The translations under genes were made by a program, and so were the position numbers. A stretch of DNA of 63,511 nucleotides, filler included, from Reclinomonas americana ATCC 50394 (lineage: Eukaryota): assembly GCA_048213135.1 (NCBI GenBank). It is 11 parts of 4 records of this genome, joined end to end, with 100 filler letters (N's around TTAATTAATTAA, not from the genome) between each part and the next. Parts side by side here need not be neighbours in the genome. Positions count along the whole stretch, not along the records: positions 1 to 3,736 come from PS015253.1; positions 3,837 to 7,350 come from PS015253.1; positions 7,451 to 11,265 come from PS015253.1; positions 11,366 to 24,643 come from PS015253.1; 7 more parts are not named here. One strand, written 5' to 3'. Numbering within the stretch: the first letter of the stretch is position 1; every line of letters starts with the position of its first letter. Below the pieces are notes generated by a model, which saw only the letters and a program-made list of their open reading frames with translations, was not told the DNA's origin and made no database searches. Of the stretch, positions 1 to 12,417 are shown piece after piece.

Positions 1-555
1 GGCCTAGGCCAGGGGCATGGGCTCCGCTGTCGCAGTCCCTCGCATCCACAAGCGTAAATATGCACTGTGTGCTCCTGCAGATTATGAGTCGGAAAACAAA
101 GAAAAGCAGAGACGGACGATTCGAATCTGCAGATTCGAAGATGCACGCCTCCTTGTTGCTACTGCAGCGGCTCTGTCGTACATGCGCTCACCGTGTACAG
201 TGTGCAAAACCTACTCAAGCATGTCACCGTTCGAGAAACCAGCTGGTGCTCGTTCCGGTGCTGCTTCCTGCAAACCAAAACGGCATGTAACAGTACAACA
301 ATATATCACACACTGATGCAGCTCAAAATGAATTCGGAGCAAGCTGATGCTGCACACGTCACGCACGGCTTTTGGTTTACACGCACGCACTCAGAGACAT
401 GTCAGATCTTACAGAATATCACCCTCATCGTCATCGTCGCTGTCACTGTCACGTGGCGGGCGCGCCGGTCTGCACACAGTTGTCAGCAAGCATGCATCTG
501 ACTCACGACCCTCCCACGTGCACGTACCCAGCGACTGCACTAGATGGCAACAGAG
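1..555. repeat. Dispersed ~550-bp repeat, copy 1
   Basis: Aligns by eye with 11366-11937: near-identical first ~140 bp (cctaggccaggg..catgggctccgctgtcgcagtccctcg), then shared blocks through cacgtgcacgtacccagcgactg. Both copies begin at a sequence end. Confidence 0.95.
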
Positions 556-3500
556 AGGGCGATCCGGAGGAGGATGCCAGCGCGCTTCTCCCGCTCCTAT
601 CCATATCCTCACTGAAGGACTCGAGCAGACCGAAGTCACCACGCGGTTGCAGCAGCATGGCACGAGGAGATTGTGCGGGTTCGCGACGACGAGGAGGGGT
701 CACTGGGCGTGAATACTCGTGTTCCCAGTCACGCTGCGCCGTCTCCAGAGGCTTGGCCTGAATGGACTTCGGATGCACGCGCTGTGTCGAAAAAGGGCAA
801 GTGAGAAACAAGTGCGCTAGGAGTGTGTGTGTGAGAGAGAGAAAGTGAGAGAAAATGAGAGAGAGAGCGAGAGAGCCTCTGCTCGCTTCCCTCACTCCAT
901 CGGCGACATATGATCCCACTCACCAGTTCACCAGAATCGTCTGACCACACCAGCGCCATGGCACCATTGTTGTGGTGCACGGCGCAGTAATTCGTAGCAG
1001 AGAACAGGGTGAGCAGGCGACCGCCGGCAAAGAACTCCCACCCGTCGAGGACGACCTGTTCTCGTACACGACAGTGAGTACGTAAGATGATGGAATCGAG
1101 AGGAGTGTGTGTGGCACGGACCTGGTGTGCACGAATGATCAAGTCGATGCCATTCCTTACGCAAAACTGGTCCACACGGTCGGGGCCAAACTGTGTGCCC
1201 ATGCAGAGAATGAGATGTCAAACTCCATAGTGGAGAAGGGACTACGACAGCAGAGACTCTTCAGCCTGCTTTCGATATTGACAGTGATAAACTGCACCAT
1301 CTCACTGCCTCTAGATTTGCTGACACCGTCACAAGCTACCACAGAGTGACGTGGGCCCCACGTGGTGAGGTACAGTGCAGTATTCTTGCTCTGTCTCTCT
1401 CTCCCCCCATCTCCATCGATCTCTCTCTCTCTCTCTCTCTCACGCTCACGAACATACGCGAACGAGGCCGTGGTAAACGCTGCGGCTGTACACAACTTGC
1501 AACGACATCTTTCTGACACGTACTTCTGTCTCCACGCTCCTCCCTCGTGCACCATCTCTCCAGTACCCACCTCATAGACTCCCGGTCCGCGTGAATTCTC
1601 CGGCGTCCCCCGAATGTGATCGTGGTCGGTGGGGTCGGACCACAGGATGTCCATGATCAACCGATCTGTGTCGTTCCACAGCGAAATGTCACCCGATGGC
1701 ACCGTCAGTGGCCGCTGCAACTCACGAATCTGTCGCGATGATCACAAGTTGAGTCCACGAGTCACAGGGAGCACTGCTTGCACGCCACATGCAGACCTGA
1801 TCAAGCGAGTGCAGATTCTTGCCAACGCCGCCGTGCAGAACGAGAATGCGCTTTTGCAAAATGCACCCGAGTGGCAAGCAATCAAACACATCATTGATTT
1901 GGTGGAATAGGCGATCGCCAAGTTCGTTGGACTGGAACCGGATGCGGCATTCGCCCTGGAACGACGACTCATTGATGATGCGGTCCTCGTGGTTGCCGCG
2001 GACGAGAATCACACGCCGTGGGTACCGCAGCTTGAGCGCAAACACCAGACACACCACCTATTCCGTGGAATTGGGAGAGAGTGGTCTCTGTGAGGTGAGA
2101 GCGGAACAGAAACAAATGCGTGAGTGTGTGCACACCTCAAGTTGCCAATTGCCGCGGTCCACCCAGTCACCAATGAACACATAATTGCAGTACTGTCGTA
2201 TCGTTCTTTGGTCAGTGCCAAGAAACACGAGCACACTCTCGAAGGGAAATCGAAATGGCATGCCCACCTGAATGTCGCCGGTGCGGTGATTTGGCGACCC
2301 GTACACCTGGAACAAGTCGAGCAGGTCCGGCAGCTGTCCGTGCACATCACCAAAGACCTTGCAGGGCGCCGCAATCTCCGCCAACATTGGCTCACTCATG
2401 AGACAGTGGATCATCGCCAGACACATGTCGATCAGTTCTTCGGGGGTGACCAACTCAAAGTTGCGATACGTCGGTCGCTCCCAGTGGCCCATCAGCAGCT
2501 GGTCGATGACGCGATTGGCCGTTTGTACTGCCACCGGAATGCCACCGTGTGAGGGAAGCCGGTGCAGATCCAATTGCTCGCTGTGCATGTACGTGAGATC
2601 CTGGCCGAGCCGCTGGCCAATGAGCTTCTCTGTGGACGGTCCCGCATGTGGCCGCCGCTCGGCCACACCGTCTTGCATGCGATACACCACACCGGCGGGG
2701 GCATATCGGAGGGTGCCTGCAGCTCGCTCGCTTCGTGACGGAGAGCGCGAGCGTGGGCGGTCTGCTGGCCGGATGAGCACAGACATGGGCGGGGGAGAGA
2801 GGGGCACAATCACGAACCAGTGGGTGGAGGAGCTGATGGAGGCGGTCCGGCTTCCGGTCGCGACTGGAAGTCGCGACGAGTGAGGAGAGTAAGCATCGTG
2901 GGAATTAGGGATGACAAGAGAGACAAACGTTACGCACCAACATAAACCCAATGGTGGGAATCTCCTCCGGCCCCACCTCGTGTATCGTCGCATGCAACCG
3001 GAACACATGCGATGTGCCACGCAAGTAGCCACCGACCACCGCACGCACCAGTTGGTCTTCTGAGAGTGACCCACCCTGCGCAAAAACCCAATCAGTCATA
3101 CACACGCAAATATCACTCGCAAGAGGAGGAGGACTCAACTCGCTGCACTCGCAGTTCATCAAACACTTGCTGCGTTTCACGCAGCAGCAGGTCCTCACTC
3201 GGCCTGCTGACTCCCGAGCTGCGCTTGATCGCCGCCACCAGCCGCTTCAGCTCATCAAAGCCGAACCGACCATTCTTCGTCGATATGTACATGCGGTAAA
3301 TGTACGACAGACGACGCAAGCCGACCACCGACTCGGTGTCGTGAATCGTGCACGGATCGCTCAGCGCCATGCCTGCAACAGACACAAGGTAAAAAGAGAG
3401 AGAGAGCAGTGATGCGGATCAAGGAGCAGCAGCTCACCAAGCAGAAAAGCTTTGAGAGACACAGTGCCCACCTGCAGCAAACAGCGAGTGAGATCGCAGC

Positions 3501-3573
3501 TGCGTGATACAGCAGGATTAACAAGTGCATCAGAGGATACGTGAGACAGAGTTGCATTGCGCTGCACGTGAAA
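503..3573 (-). CDS. PPP-family Ser/Thr phosphatase with N-terminal EF-hand-like region; multi-exon, 5' end in gap
   Basis: Spliced motifs GDVHGQ, GDWVDRG, RGNHE, LHGG, DILWSDP, FGPD, IIRAHQ, LFSATNYC. N-terminal exons carry EF-like segments (GTVSLKAFLLG; YISTKNGRFGFDELKRLV). Confidence 0.9.
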
Positions 3574-3675
3574 CTATCTAGGAGAGATGCGAATGAGCTC
3601 CGTGACAAACAGAGCAGGGCTTCGTACTCTCCACGTGCGCATGGGGTGCGCGATCTAACGCTCTGCCAAACGGTG

Positions 3676-3728
<53 letters not shown>

Positions 3729-3780
3729 CGTCGTCGNNNNNNNNNNNNNNNNNNNNNNNNNNNNNNNNNNNNNNNNNNNN

Positions 3781-3792
3781 TTAATTAATTAA
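3781..3792. other. Artificial assembly linker TTAATTAATTAA inside N runs; also at 7395, 11310, 24688, 27763, 39661, 49146, 52768, 56203 and 61616
   Basis: Identical 12-mer with stops in all six frames, always flanked by ~44 Ns. Confidence 0.97.
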
Positions 3793-3836
3793 NNNNNNNN
3801 NNNNNNNNNNNNNNNNNNNNNNNNNNNNNNNNNNNN

Positions 3837-5037
3837 AGCGCCAACGATGCGGCGGCGGAGATCGCCAAGGCCGATGCGTATCCGCATATTCGACTGTTCA
3901 CGGTCGGGCAGGGCACGAGCTCGGACACGCCGCTGGATCGGCTGAAGACGATTGAGCAGGTGTGGACGCGCGCCAACCACACCAGCGTCGGCTTCAACGA
4001 CTGGGGCTACTTCTCGGCGGTGTGCTGGCTGTTTGGCCGCAACGTCTCCGATGCACTGCCGAGCAAGATCCCGATTGGACTGCTGAGCAACAACTGGGGA
4101 GGTGAGCACCCAGCGCTGCAGAAGACAAGTACTAGTGCGTGAGGATGTGCCACTCACACACACGTACACAGGCACCTCTGTGCAACAGTGGAGCTCGCCC
4201 GAGGCGCTCAAGTCGTGCGGTGCCAGCGGCAGCGGCAACCTGTGGAACGCCATGATTGTGCCGTACACGATTGGTCCGATGGCGCTCCGCGGTGCGACGT
4301 GGTACCAGGGCGAGTCGAATGTCGGCGCCGCCGCCTACTACGAGTGCCAGTTCCCGGCGATGATTGCCGACTGGCGTGCGCGCTTGGCGAACCCGAATCT
4401 GTGGTTCGGCTTTGTGCAGATTGCCGGCTGGGGCGGCTACAGCAACAACGACGCTGCGGGTGACTTGCGTGACGCGCAAATGGTGGCGGCCACCAAGCTG
4501 CCGGCCGTCGGCTACTCGACAGCCATCGATGTCGGCAACTTTGACGACATCCACCCGAAGGACAAGCAGACCGTGGCCAGCCGCCTGGCCCTCAGCGCCC
4601 TGCAAATGGTCTACAACCTGCCGCAAGCGCAGCACTGGCAGTGCCCGCAGTTTGCCAGCGTGACCTCCGGTACTGTCACCACCTCGCTCATCACCGTCAA
4701 CATCCGCATCGCACTGCCGACCGGCGACAAGCTGTCGACCCACGTTCCGCGCGCCGCCCTGGCCGCCGGCTCCAACACCTGCCCTACCGGCAAGGAAGCC
4801 CAATGCGGCTACCCGACCATCTACATCAAGCAGGGTGCATCGATTGTTGCACTCCGCGCCTCGGCCACAATGGGCACCGACGGCCAGTCGCTGGTGTTCA
4901 CCGCCGCCAACCCCGACCCGAAGCTGACCACCAAGGACGTGGTGGCCACGGCGTATGGTCGCGGCAACTGGCCCGTGCTCAGCTTCTGGTCGACTCCGAG
5001 CGAGCAGCCGCTGCTGAGCTGGTACGCCGCTGCGTGA
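3837..5037 (+). CDS. Sialate O-acetylesterase (SASA/SGNH family), 5' end in gap
   Basis: FSAVCWLFG, PIGLLSNNWGG|TSVQQW across intron 4102-4171, WYQGESN, DIHPKDKQ. Stop at 5035-5037. Confidence 0.9.
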
Positions 5038-5129
5038 GCGACTTAAAAGCACAGGTAAAAAAGTGCGAGTGAAAATCCCGAGGAAAGTGCGGATCACGAA
5101 AGTTGTTTGCCCTTTGTTGTGTGAGCACA

Positions 5130-7475
5130 ATGTCGTCCGCTGCCACTCATGGGAAAACAATAGGCAGCTATGTTGCGTTTGAGTATGCGTGTGAGTGAGA
5201 GTGTGTGTGTGAGAGATGAGAGGGAGAGATTGCTGTTGATGTTCTTGTACTTCCAAGGCATTGCCCTCGCACACTCTCTCCTGCTGCTGACTCTCTCTGT
5301 GTGTACAAGTGCGTGTGCGTGTGTGAGAGAGAGAGGAGAGAAGAGAGTGTGTGTGCGTGTGTTTGAAATTCATTTGAGAGGAAGTCTTTTCTCGCGCTCT
5401 CTCTTTTCCTCACACACTCACGCACACACTCTCTCACACACAGACTCTCACACTCACCAGTGCGTGTGCACACTCACGTTATTTTGCGGTTTAGAGCTCA
5501 TGATGATGATGATGTGATTGTGATTGATCTTTGACGATTCTGTGTGTTGTTTAGCAACTTGGTGATGTGCTGGGCAAAGGTGGATTTGGTACGGTGTACA
5601 AGGCGCTGCATAGGGAGACAGGGCGAGTGGTGGCCTGCAAGGTGTGTGTGCACAGAGGGGAGGGTTGGGTTGTGTCAGTTCGCCCTCCTCTCTGCGGTGC
5701 TCATCTTCCTCCTCCCTCTTCTCCTCCTCCTCGTCTTCCCTGTTCTTTGTTTCGGGTCTTTTTCTTGTTTTCATTCTTCTTGTTCACATCTCTTTTCCTC
5801 CTCCTCTACCGCCTCCTGCTCCATCTTTATCTTCTTCTCCAACTTCCTCTCCTTGTTTTTCTGTTTCTCCTCCTTCTCCTTCTTCTTCTTCTTCTTCTTC
5901 TTGTTCTTCTTCTTCAACTTCTTCTTGTTCTTCTTCTTCTTCTTCTTCTCTTATTCTTCTTCTCCTTTCTTCTTCTTCCTCTTCCTCTTCCTCCTCCACC
6001 ACCTTCTCCTGCCTCAGTGAACTGCTGGGACTGTAAGCTGTGTTCAGAGAAGCAAGTCACGACAGCAGGTAGTGAGAGAGCAGAGTATATTTGTGCAATG
6101 TTCTTGACACGCCAGTCTTGCTTCTCACTCGCCTATGATGCTGCAGGAAATCCCCATTTCCAAACTGCGCAGCGCGCAGGAACTCGAGAGCATTCAGGTC
6201 AGCATGCACTGTGTCTCTCATTCCTGTGCACCTCTGCGCTCATGTGCGTCGTGTGCAGGCCGAAATCAACCTGCTGAAGAAGCTCTCGAATCGCTACGTC
6301 GTCGGCTACCTGGAGAACATGTCGGTCGGCAACTACTTTTACATTATCATGGAGTTGCGCTGGTCTTTGTGTGATGTCAGCGACGTGGTCACCATCTAAT
6401 TTCACGGTGCACGCAGATATGTCGAGTTCGGCTCCCTGCTGGACATTGTAAAGAAGTTTGGCACCATTCCTGAAAAACTGTGTGCTCTGTACATCACGCA
6501 AGTGCTGCTCGGTCTCGAGTACCTCCACCACGAAGGTGAGTATGGTGGCAGGCATTGAGTGTGGGCGTGTGCTGCAGTGTTGATTCACATACCACCGTGT
6601 CTGCGTCTATTATGTGCACATTGACTCGCTTGCCCTCTCTACTTTGTGTCTCTTGCACCGCGATTCGTTGCCTAAGTGTGCTCGGTGTGTCTAACCTGCA
6701 CCCGTGCCTTGTGTTCTGCTTTATTTCTGATCTGTACAATTTATTTCGCCTCGGCCTTCCCACGTGTATAATCACCTTTCCCCTTCACCCTCTCTTCTCC
6801 TCTACCAGGCGTCATCCACCGCGACATCAAGGGCGCCAACATCCTCACCACCAAAACCGGTCAAGTGAAGCTGGCCGATTTCGGTGTGGCCGCGGAACTC
6901 AACGAAATCGACCCAGAGTCGGTGGTCGGCACGCCGTACTGGATGGCTCCCGAAATCATCACCCTCAATCCGCCGCAAATCACGTCGGACATTTGGAGTG
7001 TGGGCGCCACCATTGTGGAGCTGATGACGGGCAAGCCTCCGTACTTTGACCTCGCCCCGATGCAGGCGCTCTACCGCATCGTGCAAGACGAGTATCCGCC
7101 CATGCCTGAAGGCATTTCACCGGTACGGCCCGAAAGTCGGGCGGGGGAAGCGGTCGGCTCTGTATCTCACTCGTGCACACAGAATCTGCGCAACTTTCTC
7201 GAGCGGTGCTTCATCAAGGATCCCAACCTGCGACCAAAGGCTCGCGACCTGCTGAAGCATCCGTGGATTCGCCAAAACAAGGTGGAGGCGCCGCCGGCAG
7301 AGGAGTTGCGTCGCCTGTTGGAGTTGCGCCATACAGCTTTGCGACTCACGNNNNNNNNNNNNNNNNNNNNNNNNNNNNNNNNNNNNNNNNNNNNTTAATT
7401 AATTAANNNNNNNNNNNNNNNNNNNNNNNNNNNNNNNNNNNNNNNNNNNNACACGACCAACGACGAAGTAGGACG

Positions 7476-7527
<52 letters not shown>

Positions 7528-10037
7528 GAAAACAGTTGCCTTTTCATGAACTCGCAACTCACTGCGTGTGCAGGTGGTCTCTCCATGGACGAATCCGAGT
7601 CGTCAGACTCGGGAATTGGTGCAGGCGCCTCGAGCAGCTCCGTGCGACGAAGGTTCGATGCTCCACTCCGCACACCACGTCTGCGGTGTTACTGACTGCG
7701 CTCGTCGGACATTAAGTGTTTCGCAACCGCGACCCGAGCTCCTCAAATTTCGCGAGGACGAAGAGGAAGACGATTGGATCGAAGACGATGAGGTGGGTGG
7801 GAGTTCATCGACGTGCTGCTGATTTACAATTGCTGCTCACTCGAGTAACTCCAGGTGGTGGTCAAGGTGAACCCACTCCCACAACCGTCACGCGGCGGCA
7901 TCTCCGACATGGGCGACTCGGACGACGATCTGGACTTTTTCAGCGACGAGGACGACGAGCCGTTTGCCATGGTGCAGAACATTTCCAGAAAACTCGTCCC
8001 ACCCCCATCGCGAACACAACAACAGCACCAGCAGCAGCACCACGATACGGTCAAGGCAGCGAAGCCAGCCAAGGGTACTCACGCACCGTCGGCCTCGGTG
8101 GTTGCGTTCTGCGTGGGAATGCATGTCGTTCATGTGCCTGTCCCTTCTCACACCTGCTTTGCACAGCCCGGTACCGCCACCGGTATCAAGCCGCTGTTGC
8201 GTTCTAGCCGAGGCAATGGAAAGAAAGAACAGCTGCTAACATCTCCTCTCATGTGCGCAGAGCTGAACCGCAACCACCACGACCTCAGTCGCTGAGTCGA
8301 AATGCACTCAACAGTTGCGCTTCTCGTGGTTATTTGCTTTCTGCTGTGGCTGCTGATCACTCACTCGCTGGCAGTGTTTGGCGAGGCTGCGCGCAATGAC
8401 CACAGTCTGGATGCATTCCGTGAGGATGACGACGAGGATTTGTTTGGTACGGTCGACGTGCGCACTCGTCATCTTGGCACACAAGTTCACTGTGGCTCGT
8501 GCAGATTTGAATGATGGGCTGGACACCAAGGACCTGGCTGCACGTTTTCGCATGCGACAGCGCACGGTGAGCTGCTCTCCTACGCTCATTGCTTGTGAGG
8601 CTTTGTGTTTGTGTGTGTGTGACACCCTCTCATCACCAAGGTGGACGAGGAGTCGGCAGATGAGGATCCTTTCGACGACGACGACTGTTTCGTCTGTGTG
8701 CTGGTGCTGTTCTTGAGTGGAATCAACGCTAACGTGTCTCTTTGTGCTATTTCAGTTGAGGAGGATGCGCACGAGCCCAAGAGCACATTCCAGCAGCGAT
8801 TCGGCGAGCAGATCCCGCAACTGTTGAAACAGCTGACCCCCACGACTCCTGCTGAAGAAATCAAGGAGGCGTGCAGGCTGCTGGTGCGTGTAGCGCGTGT
8901 ACCTGAATCAATGCCGCGCTGTGTGTTCCGCGAGCTCATGTGACATTGCAGACGAGTATCTTCAAAGAATTCATCAACGAAAAGTTTCTGGTCACAGCGC
9001 GCAGCGGTATTGTACCGCTGCTCGACTTGCTGGAGCTCGATGACATGTATGTGGTGGAGGCTGTATATCGTCTCATTATTCAGGTTCGTTGGCCTGTGTG
9101 ATTCTGCTGTTGTTATTGTCAGTTCGTACTGATCATGCGTGGCACTCGAGCAGCTGATTGAGGGCTACAAGGAGTTCCTCACCAACATCTCATTGACTGG
9201 CGGTATTCCGCTGCTGATGAAGTTCTGTGCGCGCGGCTACCATCGCGACTTGCGTCGTCAAGCCGCTCGCTTTGCCAACGAGTTGTGCAAGGAACCGTTG
9301 CGTCCCTCCCCTTCATTCCAACCCCCCAATGCTTTCTCTCCTCCTCATAGACTCCACTCGCACAGTGAATTCATCCAGATGCTCATCGCGTGCGGTGGCA
9401 TCACGCACCTCGTCAACCTGTTGGACCACACGCAAGAGTCGTTTGAGGAGTGCCGCGAATTGGTGTACCAGGGCGTCGAGTGCATCAAGAAGATATTTGC
9501 CGCCACTCGCACCTTCAAGCGCGACTACGCCCGTCTGTTTGTGAAGGCTGGCTTGCTGCCGTCGCTGGTCACGGCGTTGCATTACACACTCGTGGAACTG
9601 CGTCGTGTGATGACTAGCGGCCGCGTGGCCGCAGGCGGTTTGACGGCTCCTCGTTTGATTGAGCGCGCCGACGACATGGCGCAGATGCTGGAGACCATTT
9701 CGCAGTACGAGGAGTACGTCAAGCAGCGATTCGCGCAGGACGCAGTGTTGCAGAGTTGAGTTTTCCGCGGGAGATTACATTGTCTTCTTTCTCTCTAACG
9801 CGCTCGCTTGTCTGCGCAGCCATTTTGGACATTTTCGGCTACCTGCCTCGCCACCTGGAGACCACCATGGTGCGAGTGGTGCGCAACCTCACCGACGACG
9901 AATCCATTCGCAACGAACTCGCACGCTTCATTCCGACCCTTGTCGAGTTCCTCTCCCGACGCGGTCCCGATCAGCTGCGCATTCGCAACACCGTCATCCA
10001 CGCCCTCTTCAATCTGTGTCGGTGGAACACGAAGAAT
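5130..10037 (+). CDS. SepA/Cdc15/Cdc7(Sp)/MAP3K-epsilon-type kinase: kinase domain, acidic linker and ARM-like region
   Basis: [68 protein letters not shown], followed by helical ARM-like exons (GGIPLLMKF..., LFNLCR). Confidence 0.9.
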
Positions 10038-10958
10038 TNNNNNNNNNNNNNNNNNNNNNNNNNNNNNNNNNNNNNNNNNNNNNNNNNNNNNNNNNNNNNN
10101 NNNNNNNNNNNNNNNNNNNNNNNNNNNNNNNNNNNNNNNNNNNNNNNNNNNNNNNNNNNNNNNNNNNNNNNNNNNNNNNNNNNNNNNNNNNNNNNNNNNN
10201 NNNNNNNNNNNNNNNNNNNNNNNNNNNNNNNNNNNNNNNNNNNNNNNNNNNNNNNNNNNNNNNNNNNNNNNNNNNNNNNNNNNNNNNNNNNNNNNNNNNN
10301 NNNNNNNNNNNNNNNNNNNNNNNNNNNNNNNNNNNNNNNNNNNNNNNNNNNNNNNNNNNNNNNNNNNNNNNNNNNNNNNNNNNNNNNNNNNNNNNNNNNN
10401 NNNNNNNNNNNNNNNNNNNNNNNNNNNNNNNNNNNNNNNNNNNNNNNNNNNNNNNNNNNNNNNNNNNNNNNNNNNNNNNNNNNNNNNNNNNNNNNNNNNN
10501 NNNNNNNNNNNNNNNNNNNNNNNNNNNNNNNNNNNNNNNNNNNNNNNNNNNNNNNNNNNNNNNNNNNNNNNNNNNNNNNNNNNNNNNNNNNNNNNNNNNN
10601 NNNNNNNNNNNNNNNNNNNNNNNNNNNNNNNNNNNNNNNNNNNNNNNNNNNNNNNNNNNNNNNNNNNNNNNNNNNNNNNNNNNNNNNNNNNNNNNNNNNN
10701 NNNNNNNNNNNNNNNNNNNNNNNNNNNNNNNNNNNNNNNNNNNNNNNNNNNNNNNNNNNNNNNNNNNNNNNNNNNNNNNNNNNNNNNNNNNNNNNNNNNN
10801 NNNNNNNNNNNNNNNNNNNNNNNNNNNNNNNNNNNNNNNNNNNNNNNNNNNNNNNNNNNNNNNNNNNNNNNNNNNNNNNNNNNNNNNNNNNNNNNNNNNN
10901 NNNNNNNNNNNNNNNNNNNNNNNNNNNNNNNNNNNNNNNNNNNNNNNNNNNNNNNNNN

Positions 10959-11265
10959 CCAAACACTTGACACAAAGTCTGAATGTTCTCCGGGGCGATG
11001 AGGATCCGCTCCACCCGCACACGCTCCTCCTCCAGCCACTTGGTGATGCACTTGAGACCGTTCTCTTGCCAGCCCTTGGTGGTGGCCACCCGCAGGAAGA
11101 AGCTGACGCCCTCGTTCTCCCACAAAAAGTGATAGATTTGTGAGGAGCGCGACTGCGACACTTGGCACATGAGCGTCAACGACAACTCGGCGGCCGCCGA
11201 CCCTGAGAACTTGAAGGCGAACTCCATGAGGTGAGGCACAACGCCATACAAGAATGCGGTCTCCG
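10959..11265 (-). CDS. Internal ARM-region exon of the same SepA-like kinase on a flipped contig
   Basis: GVVPHLMEF...LWENEGVSFFL...WQENGLKCITKWL continues the SepA/Cdc15-type C-terminal region. Confidence 0.75.
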
Positions 11266-11365
11266 NNNNNNNNNNNNNNNNNNNNNNNNNNNNNNNNNNN
11301 NNNNNNNNNTTAATTAATTAANNNNNNNNNNNNNNNNNNNNNNNNNNNNNNNNNNNNNNNNNNNN

Positions 11366-11697
11366 GACCTAGGCCAGGGCATGGGCTCCGCTGTCGCAGT
11401 CCCTCGAAACCGCAAGCGTAAATATGCACTGTGTGCTCCTGCAGATTATGAGTCGGAAAACAAAGAAAAGCAGAGACGGACGATTCGAATCTGCAGATTC
11501 GAAGATGCATATGCACGCCCCCATGCTGCAGCAGCGCAGCGCAGCATCTCTGCCGTGCCCGGGCTCATCGTGCACAGTGTGCAAAACCTACTCAAGCATG
11601 CGGCCGTCGAGAAACCAGCCGGTGCAAAACAAAACTGGACAACTATGCATGCATGCATGCAAATCGAAATCGAAATCAAAGCAGCGCACACACACGT

Positions 11698-11747
<50 letters not shown>

Positions 11748-11937
11748 GCACACACACACGCACGCACGCACGCACGCACGCACGCGAATGTGTCAGATCT
11801 TACAGAATACACCCCTCATCGTCTCTGGCACTGTCACTGTCACGCGGCGAACGCGGCGATCTGCACACATGTCAGCAATCATGCCTCACGAGCCTCCCAC
11901 GTGCACGTACCCAGCGACTGTATTCGCTGACAACAGA
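11366..11937. repeat. Dispersed ~550-bp repeat, copy 2, with an internal (CA)n/(CACG)n expansion
   Basis: Similarity to 1-555. Confidence 0.95.
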
Positions 11938-12012
11938 TGACGACGCACCTGCCCATGCTCCTCCCCTTCTCACCACAGAGGGAGGCATCAAAGCACCAAC
12001 TAGTTCTCTCGT

Positions 12013-12417
12013 TTACAGATATGTTTCCGTCTCAATGGTCTTGAGTAGCCGCTCTGCAATCTCACGCACAATGACAGCCTCGTCGCGACGGAAGCTCTCC
12101 AGCAGATCGTAGAGGTCGTTGGCGGCCACAAAACGCTTCGGATCCGGGTGCGCTTGGTAAATGGCAGTCAGCAATGTCAGCAGACCCTTCTTGACAAAGG
12201 AGCGATAGTCGTCGCCATGCTGAGGAAGCAAAACCAATGAGAAGCAATCAGCACGCGTTTCCCCTTCCCGAGCAAGCTCTCACCTCTTCACACAATCGCT
12301 CCAATAGGAGCGGAACAAAGTCAGAAGCACCCAGCGCCTCGGCCACCTTGGGCGAGGCCTTGACAATGTCGACAAACGACTCGAGCATGTCCCTGAACAC
12401 GACGGCTGGGCTGTCGC
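12013..12417 (-). CDS. Terminal exons of the SepA-like kinase on a flipped contig
   Basis: ...KKGLLTLLTAIYQAHPDPKRFVAANDLYDLLESFRRDEAVIVREIAERLL matches the SepA/MAP3K-epsilon C-terminus. Stop at 12013-12015. Confidence 0.8.

Noticed and set aside
3837-5037. Recent bacterial transfer of the sialate O-acetylesterase
   Set aside because: It has a spliceosomal intron and host-like codon use, and the family is widespread in eukaryotes; origin cannot be judged without a phylogeny.
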